A DNA stretch of 18,476 bases, taken from Macrostomum lignano (Eukaryota). Where the stretch lies: NCBI GenBank assembly GCA_002269645.1, contig NIVC01005245.1:1-18476 (forward strand), in the 5' to 3' direction. Positions 1-15,000 of the stretch are shown in pieces (the first letter of the stretch is position 1; each line of letters opens with the position of its first letter). A program made the translations under genes and the position numbers. The notes below the pieces were generated by a model. It did no database searches, was not told the origin of the DNA, and saw only the letters and a list, made by a program, of their open reading frames with translations.

Positions 1-6263
<6,263 letters not shown>

Positions 6264-8546
6264 GGCGCTGCTGCAGACGCTGGTACCGCTAGCTTTTTGT
6301 GCTTGTGCTCGCTTGTTTAGGTCAAAATCGTTTCTTTGCAAAGCTTAAAATATGTGAGATGGGTTTTGTAAAACATCATGTAATATATGGATAATGTAAT
6401 ATATTCTATATGCATTTATGTGTAGTGTCTCTAACATGGCAAATATTAGTCCAATATTTAACAAAAAGATAACTTGAGTTGTCATAAGCAAAAATATATA
6501 TTTGAATTAATTTTTCTCATTATTATCTCTACATGTAAAAATCGAAATATGGATATATTAGAATTTTTTTAACATTTCATATTTTGCCGTTTATAACTAC
6601 TAAAAATTAACTTACATGTAACTTATTAGCAATGTTTAAGTAAAACTTATAGTTGAATTAGAAAAACTAACAGTTGAAACGATAATACATGTATTAGTTG
6701 TGACTAAAGTCTAATGCACATATAGTGCATACATTTGGTTATTGTGACCTAGTAACTTTCTAGTGACTATTTCTAAACAGTAAAATGTTCCTGTTTGAAA
6801 TAAGTAGGCCTATTTATTATCATGCAGTCATGTTAGCTACCGAATGTATTACAAACGCAAAAAGTTTTGTAAAACCCTGAAATTGCTTCAATAGTTGCAG
6901 ATTTAGTTATATAGAACAAAACGGAGGATATTCGTTCCATCGAACCGGCGTTATGCTTAATCAGAATCAGAGAAGTATTTAAGGATTGAATGATTTTAGA
7001 AACGGACAAAAATATGGAGCTAATCGATTGGCAAACTGCTGGTCAAAGCAAACTGTAGAATAAAAAGCACAGTTTGAAGTCTTGTTATCACACAAAGCTC
7101 ATTATGATATGCAGAAAACTAGCAGTCAGAATCCAGTATTTCCATTATATGATGTTTGCTGCTTGTTTTGCTTGAGTTTAAAAACGTGTGCACAGTAAAA
7201 TCCCCATGTTAAATGTATGTTAAATATACGTTGTGTTTATAGTAACTGGCTATTGAAATATTTTTAAAAAAGCTTAAGTAAATATATTTTACTTTTATGT
7301 GTTTTTATCAACTTAAATGATAAGTTCTACATTGGCTGTTAGCATATTTTAAATATTTTGTTGTACCTTTTGCCATTTACGAAATAAAATTTATCCGACG
7401 TATAGCTTTCTCCAGACTTCAAAAAATGTTTGGCTTATTTACGCTCTCTGAAAGACTTGTGTACGGCTTTTCGCTTTCATTTTAAAAATAAGTTTCAAGT
7501 GCTAATTCGCACTGTTGTACTTCATGTTGTTTAGCCTTTGAAGTCTTTCAATCGTAATTTTTTATTCACACCTATTAGTCACTGGAACGGATTTTATTTT
7601 TTAAAAATTCTCATGGCTACGCCTTCAGGATGCCCAAATCAGATTTGTGACTATGACTTTTAACTAATATCAAATATTGTCTTGTTTTTTACTGCTTATG
7701 CGAGAGAATTTGGTACATTTATCTTGCGTGTAATAAATTCTGCATGTACAGTTATGTACTGTAACATTGTGGAGCATTAAATACATTCAGTAGCTGCTTC
7801 ATGTGTATATGTTTAGTCGGGCCGTCTATAAGAAGCTGCCAAATCGATAAAATTAAATTATACGAATGCAACTACAAAATATCTACTACAATGAACTTTT
7901 ATTTGATGCTCTGTATTACTGTATTTGTAGACAATAAGGAAAATGCACAATAACAAAAATGCATGTACATGTAATCTATAAAATATACTCAGTTCATGCA
8001 TATGCTTTCCTTGAGTATGCATGAATATTTACCCGAAATCGAGTTGACCATCTGCGTAGTTTTTAAGTGCAAGCTTGCTTTCATTGTGGGCGTAGTGTCT
8101 ACGAACACTGCAGTTGCAAAAAGTTATATAATTGTATTTTTTCGTCGATATTCTTAACTCGTAGCGCCCATCAGATTAATTTGAAAATCAGTTCATGCTT
8201 GCACATAAAATTACCAAACATGGGTTGGCGAGCGTAGTTCTATAGAATTTCTATCTTCCTAATGCGTTTGTGCATTCGTACGACAAACTTGGGTACACCC
8301 GTGTCGTGCTGTTCAAATAAATTTTTACGCATACACCTCAATGCAAGGAATCAGCTACGACGAATGCCCGATTGGACCATGGGTGCAGCTGTGTGTACTA
8401 AACTGATAATTTGTTGGAAGCGGGCGGTCGTGGCGGGAAGTCTCGTACACATGGAACCGCCAAGTAAAGCAAGATAAAAATGAGCTCGATAAAACCTGAC
8501 TGGCTTCGAGCAGCCAGTTGAGCATACCGAATTCTGAGCAGGAAAG
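6264..8546. promoter_or_regulatory. AT-rich spacer between divergently oriented genes; expected to contain both promoters and 5' UTRs
   Basis: Position between the two start codons, low GC, no tandem arrays. No individual element could be assigned. Confidence 0.4.
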
Positions 8547-8888
8547 ATGGACAGCGCGTGCTCGGTAACGGACTGGCCGATCTACCGCTTCTTGGATGCC
8601 CACGGCGGCGGGCAATTAGTGACAGCCTATGAGGCCGGCGGTGCGAGCGCGGCGCGTCGGCTGCTGCTCAACTCGGTTGCTCCAAAGTTTCTCTACAACG
8701 ACGGTCGAGGGCGCCTGTTCAGCGGCCGCAGGTTGCTTGCTGGCGCTCGACACTATCTGGCACAGAGAGGAGCTGCAGGCGAAGCTGATGACACCTGCAG
8801 CCTACCGACTGCTCAGACAGTGTCGCCAGCTGCGCCAACTTCGGGTTCAGCATCCACCGTTGAAGTTGAGCTTTTCTACGACTCAAAA
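8547..8888 (+). CDS. iav: TRPV exon 1 (MDSAC...[15 protein letters not shown]...FYDSK); true start may lie upstream
   Basis: 342 nt open, GTGAGT donor at 8889. Confidence 0.75.
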
Positions 8889-8892
8889 GTGA

Positions 8893-8924
<32 letters not shown>

Positions 8925-8927
8925 TAG

Positions 8928-9008
<81 letters not shown>

Positions 9009-12000
9009 GACCAAAACCTACCCTCAAATCGTCTCCCAGCTAACCAGCCGCAGCACCAGCTGCTCAGCTGAACCAAAGTCAAAGGCTTTGCCGCCGATTC
9101 CGTCGCTCCCATCACCGGCGCCGATCCTGCTGAAGTTCGATCCTCGCCTCGGCCACGCAGCCTCAGTCTACACTGAATCAACGCGCCATCTCACCTGCTG
9201 GAGCATCGAACACCGAGGCGCATTCGGCGAGACGCTGCTCCACCTGTGTCTTGTCTGCGGCTCCTCGAGACGCACCGAGCCCTGGCCAGGCTGATGCTGG
9301 ACTGCTTCCCTTGCATGGCGTTCGACATCTTCATCGGCTTCGAGTACTTTGGTGAGGGAAGCTGCCCGACAGCTCAATAAGTGGATGCAGACGCAGAAAA
9401 TCAGAAAAGATAGTGAAAACTTTATTTGAAGGTGAAAAGCAGTTTTCCACTAGTGCACTAAGTACTTTCTCTTTTTCTTGCGCAGTTCGATTCGAGTTGT
9501 ATACGAGCTGCCCCCACCGATATCCCCTTCCGGTTGCAGGCCAGTCTGCGCTGCACATGGCTGTCATTAACAGGGACTTGGAGCTCGCCCGCCTGCTGCT
9601 GCAGTGCGGCGTCAACATTCATCAGCGCGCGGTTGGGGACTTCTTCCTGCCGGAGGATCTGCGCTGCGATGACCAGGGAGCCGCGGATACAGCTGCTGAG
9701 AGGACCAACTATTCCGGTGGGGATTTTACCCGATGTCCGAGATCATGACCGTATCTATGACTGAGATTATGACCTTATCTATGATTGAAATGATGACCTT
9801 ATCTAAGACCGAGATTATGACCTTATCTATGACTGAGATTATAACCTTATCTATGACTGAGATCATGACCTTATCTATGACCGAGATCATGATCTAATCT
9901 ATGACTGAGATTATGACCTATCTATGACGGAGATTATTCACTTTATCTATGACTGAGATGACCTTGTCTATAACTGAGATTATCACTTATCTATGACTGA
10001 GGTTATGACTGTATCTAAGACTGAGATTATGACCTTTTTTAAGACCGAGATTATGACCTTATCTATGAGTGGCATCATGACCTTATCTATGACTGAGACA
10101 TGACCTTATCTATGACTTAGATCATGACCTTATCTATGACTGAGATCATGAACTTATCTATTACTGAGGTTATGACCTTATCTAAGACCGAGATCATGAC
10201 CTTATCTATGAGTGGCATCATGACCTTATCTATGACTGAGATTATGACCTTATCAAGACTGAGATCATGACCATGTTCGTGACTGAGACCATGTATTGAA
10301 GCCTATCAATCAATGACTGAGCTAGTAAATTTATTCATCTTAAAGCAACCAACCTACTGACTATATTAATGACCACATTATGACCCAGCCCAAAAACTTA
10401 TTTTTATCAATGTTTGAAGTTATTTTGTACCGGCTTTATCGCCGACGGAGCCAAGGAGCTCATGAAAAAGATCTAAACTGTCAATCTGTGCTCAAAGCAA
10501 GAACTCCCAACTCTGCAGGCTACTCATACTATGGAGAATATCCCTATCGTTCGCTGCCAGCACCGGCAACGCAGAACTGTACGAACTGCTGGCAGACAGA
10601 GGCGCAGATCCCAATAGACAGGATCTGCTTGGCAATGCTGTGCTGCACATGCTGGTCATTCATAACAAAACTGTAAGCTTACGTATTCTTGCCGTTTTTA
10701 ACTTTAGAATTGCCTGACTGATGATTTACTGTCACAAAGGAGAACAGCTCAAAGGTTAATGCGTCCGACTGCCGCACGATAAAGACCCCGGTTCGATTCC
10801 GCGCACGGGGAAGGGGTAGCGGGTGCAGCAGGCCATAGATTGGAAGGGGTGGCGGGTGCAGCAGGCCATAGATCGGAAGGGGTGGCGGGTGCAGCAGGCC
10901 ATAGATCGGAAGGGGTGGTGGTGCAGCAGGCCATAGATCGGAAGGGGTGGCGGGTGCAGCAGGCCATAGATCGGAAGGGGTGGCGGGTGCAGCAGGCCAT
11001 AGATCGGAAGGGGTGGGGTGCAGCAGGCCATAGATCGGAAGGGGTGGGGGTGCAGCAGGCCATAGATCGGAAGGGGTGGCGGGTGCAGCAGGCCATAGAT
11101 TGGAAGGGGTGAGGGTGCAGCAGGCATAGATGGAAGGGGTGGCGGGTGCAGCAGGCCATAGATTGGAAGGGGTGGCGGGTGCAGCAGGCCATAGATCGGA
11201 AGGGGTGGCGGGTGCAGCAGGCCATAGATCGGAAGGGGTGGCGGGTGCAGCAGGCCATAGATTGGAAGGGGTGAGGGTGCAGCAGGTCGATTTCATTCAT
11301 TTGGGGCAGGTGTATGAAAATCGGCTTTGGGGATTTTATACTTAGACAGACGCAAATCAGTCAACAATGGGATGCAAGGCTTACGTTCGCGCCCAAGCCC
11401 TGAGGCGCCCCCTGTAATCCTCCTGCCGATGCTCTCTATCCGCACTGAACACTAACAGGAGCTCTACCGCCTGGCTCTGCGCCACCCGAGCCAGCCGGCC
11501 GACCCGCAGCTGCGCAACCTGGCCCGCCTCAACCCGGTGTCCCTGGCCGCCAAGCTGGGCAGGCGCGACGCATTCAACGAAATCATCGGCCTCGGCTCCA
11601 GCGAGATGTGGCGCTACGGAAACATCACCTGCAGGGTGTTCCCTCTGACCGCCTGGACACCATCGGGCCGGACGGCCGGACAGACTGGGATTCCGCCCTG
11701 CTGCACATTATTAATGGGAACAGTGAGCAGCACCTGGACATGCTGGACGAGGGAGTTATTGGCCAACTGCTGGCTGAGAAGTGGCACAAATATGCCAGGG
11801 TAAGATGAAAGCAATTTTGTCCACGGCTAAACTCTGACTTTAAGACAATTTACTGCAGTGACATTTGACTACCATTGACAATTTTACTGTCCTATCATAA
11901 AATTAAGATTTGTAGTTATGAATTTTTTGGTGAACCAAATGCTCCATCGAAGTGCAGGGGTTATTATTGCTGATAGTCAAGTTTCACTGGCAGTGAAATC

Positions 12001-15000
12001 GCTGGCAGTAAAATTCAGGCAAATGAAATGACGATATCCCATGAACTTGTCTTATTTGTTCTAAAAATAGACCAATTGTCCGCAGCTGAATGCACATAGA
12101 TGTACAGACAATCGGCAACAAACCTCTTACCGTCAGTCGTTATTCTAAAATAGCCCTCCTAGTGCTGTTAAGTGTTCGTCTCCTAAATGTACATTGATGT
12201 ACATGCACTCGTAAACAAACCTCCTACCGTTAGTCGTCATTCTAAAAATAGCCCTCCTAGTGCTGTTAAGTGTTCGTCTCCTAAATGTACATTGATGTAC
12301 ATGCACTCGTAAACAAACCTCCTACCGTTAGTCGTCATTCTAAAAATAGCCCTCCTAGTGCTGTTAAGTGTTCGTCTCCTAAATGTACATTGATGTACAT
12401 GCACTCGTAAACAAACCTCCTACTGTCGTCAGGTTATTCTAAAAATCGCCCTCTTAGAGCGGTTAAGAGTTTGCTTGGTGTACAAATTGGTGTACAAATT
12501 GGTGTACATACGAGCTGAATAGTCATTTTAACGATTCTAAAAATGACTCGTACCAGAGTATATATCTCTTGACCAAATTTATAATCCAATTATGCTCGTA
12601 ATTCTATTCACGCCTGCTCCTCATTTTTCTATCTCAAATTTGCAGTTGCTAAAAGTTTTAGTCTCAAAGCGACGCAACCCTCTATTTTACCGAGCTTAAT
12701 AGGTTAATTAAGCAGTCATTTATTGCGTTAATATTTCAGAGTCGTTTTGTCCAACGCCTAATAATGATTATACTGCACCTTCTGATAATGACTTTCGCAA
12801 TCTACATGCGACCGCTGGGCTCGGCAACTGCTAAACAGGATTAGTGCAAATTGGCGACAATTACACAGAGTATAACACCACTGCTGCGCCCACACTACCG
12901 GCAAAGATGGTGAGAGAACGAAAATATAGAAATAATTGGCTAGTGTAAAGTAGATTGCCCAGTTTACCCAGCTGTACTTCAGCTTACCCAAACAGGTGCC
13001 AGCATTAGGTGAGGTAATTAAAGGTGTGTGTGGCGACCCCCCATTCCTTGGACTGAACAGCCGTACGCAGCCATCAGATGCGCTGCGCAATAGCTGCGGC
13101 TGAGCTGTCGGTTGCACATCTGCCCATTAGTAGATCCCATCCTTCCACAACAGGATCGACTTGTTTGTTTTTCAGATTTCCGCCAAGGAAGTGTTCAGAT
13201 ACTTTTTCGAGGCCATCACAGTCCTAAATAGCGTAATCACGCTTTTTATGCACATCGACGAGGTCAGGGAGCAGGGTGTGCTCGACTTTTGCTGCAGCCT
13301 GGTATGTTAGGGGTTCAACCGGGTAATGTCGCTATTAACGGATATGGATGGGGTGCGGGTGCAGCAGGCCATAGATTGGAAGGGTGGTGGGGCAGCAGGC
13401 CATAGATTGGAAGGGGTGGTGGGTGCAGCAGGCCATAGATCGGAAGGGGTGGCGGGTGCAGCAGGCCATAGATCGGAAGGGGTGGCGGGTGCAGCAGGCT
13501 ATAATTGGAAGGGTCGGCGGGTGCAGCAGGCCATAGATTGGAAGGGTCGGCGGTGCAGCAGGCCATAGATCGGAAGGGTGTGGTGCAGCAGGCCATAGCT
13601 CGGATGGGGTGGCGGGTGCAGCAGGTCATAAGATCGGAAGGGGTGGCGGGCCATAGCTAGGTACAAGGGTGGTGCAAGGTCCGAACATACAAGCAATAAA
13701 TTACATGCAAAAAGTAACTTTTCGTGATGCACACCTCCCCAGGGCGAGCTTAGATGAGCCTAGTGATTCGATATCTGATTATTGTCGAGCTGCATGATTG
13801 TTGTGCTCAAGCATGTTGTGTCAGCTCAAGCATGATTGTTTCAGCAGAAGACAGACGTTGTCAGCTTGCCATGGTTGGCTACAAGCTGTTGTTTGCTACT
13901 GATTTGGCTACCTGATTGCTTGTAGCTGGGTGATTGTTAGCCATCCATATTGTTGTCAGCACAGAATGACTTGGTCAGCTACAAACATGATCCGTTTCAT
14001 ACAGCATGGTTTGTCAATCTACAAGCATGATTGTGTGCTACGCGATTGTGTCAGCATAGACATGATTAGCGCAAGACATGATTTTAGCTACAAGATGATT
14101 TGTCAGTTACAATCCATGATCGTTATTAGCTACAAGACATGATTGTTGTCAGCTACAAGACATGATCAGCTACAATCATGATTGTTGTCAGCTACAAGAC
14201 ATGATTGTTGTCAGCTACAAGACATGATTGTTGTCAGCTACAAGACATGATTGTTGTCAGCTACAAGACATGATTGTTGTCAGCTACAAGACATGATTTT
14301 TATCATCTCCCTTTAAGCTTTGACTTTCATCCTTAAAAAGGGGTGAATGCAGTTTATTGTAATAGAACGAACTACATTAATGCGAGTAACAATGCTCCAC
14401 AACCCACCAAAACATTGCAGCCTACTATTTCCTGTTCCAAGACATTGAACAGACCAGCATTACATCATTCAGAGAGCCCCACGTCGCACTAATGACTCTG
14501 CTTCAGATGACCCTGGGAGATTTCAAAGTAAATATCGTTATAAAATAAACATTTAAAAGATTAAACATTGAACCAACTTTTCACCAATTTGCGATGACTA
14601 AAAAAACTTTGTCAATCCACTTTTTCAGTTCACGAAGCATCTAAAGGTGAGAGTTTTTTTAGATAAAAAACTGAGTGCATCAGCCGTGTCGATCAATAGC
14701 TCCGCATTTATTATCCATCTTTTTTCTTAGGCTTCAGCTCTGCTAACTGAACATACTTGTGTGCTACAAAACGGGGATGGATGTAGAAACACAGACTCGG
14801 CACTCTGATCAAATATTGATTCATATTTCGTTTGGAGCAAACCCAGTTTTAGCTGGCTGGGCGGCAGGCACGAACGAAGCAGTTTTGTTATCGAGAGATT
14901 GCTTGAATTATTTAGCCAGCCAGGGGACGGCTGTAACAGCTGGTCACGCGCGTATACCAGTTTGAGAGAATTGATCTGGGTTAGTTTAGCTGCAATCTCT

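Noticed and set aside
6361-6877. MITE bounded by imperfect inverted GGGTTTTGTAAAAC / GTTTTGTAAAACCC
   Set aside because: Short, AT-rich, quasi-palindromic match with no target-site duplication; plausible by chance.
7993-8025. 10-bp stem hairpin TTCATGCATA...TATGCATGAA
   Set aside because: Single short AT-rich stem with no RNA-family features.
6264-8546. RFX X-box expected upstream of a ciliary TRPV gene
   Set aside because: I found no convincing GTTGCC-AT-GGCAAC-type match by eye; a PWM scan would be needed.
10744-10810. Functional tRNA-Gly
   Set aside because: The anticodon stem and acceptor stem do not pair and the T-stem has a mismatch. Kept only as a SINE-like head.
10679-11345. [11 protein letters not shown] and related repeat ORFs (also 13315-13732)
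   Set aside because: Frames of the 33-bp minisatellite, whose unit length is a multiple of 3; no splice or homology support.
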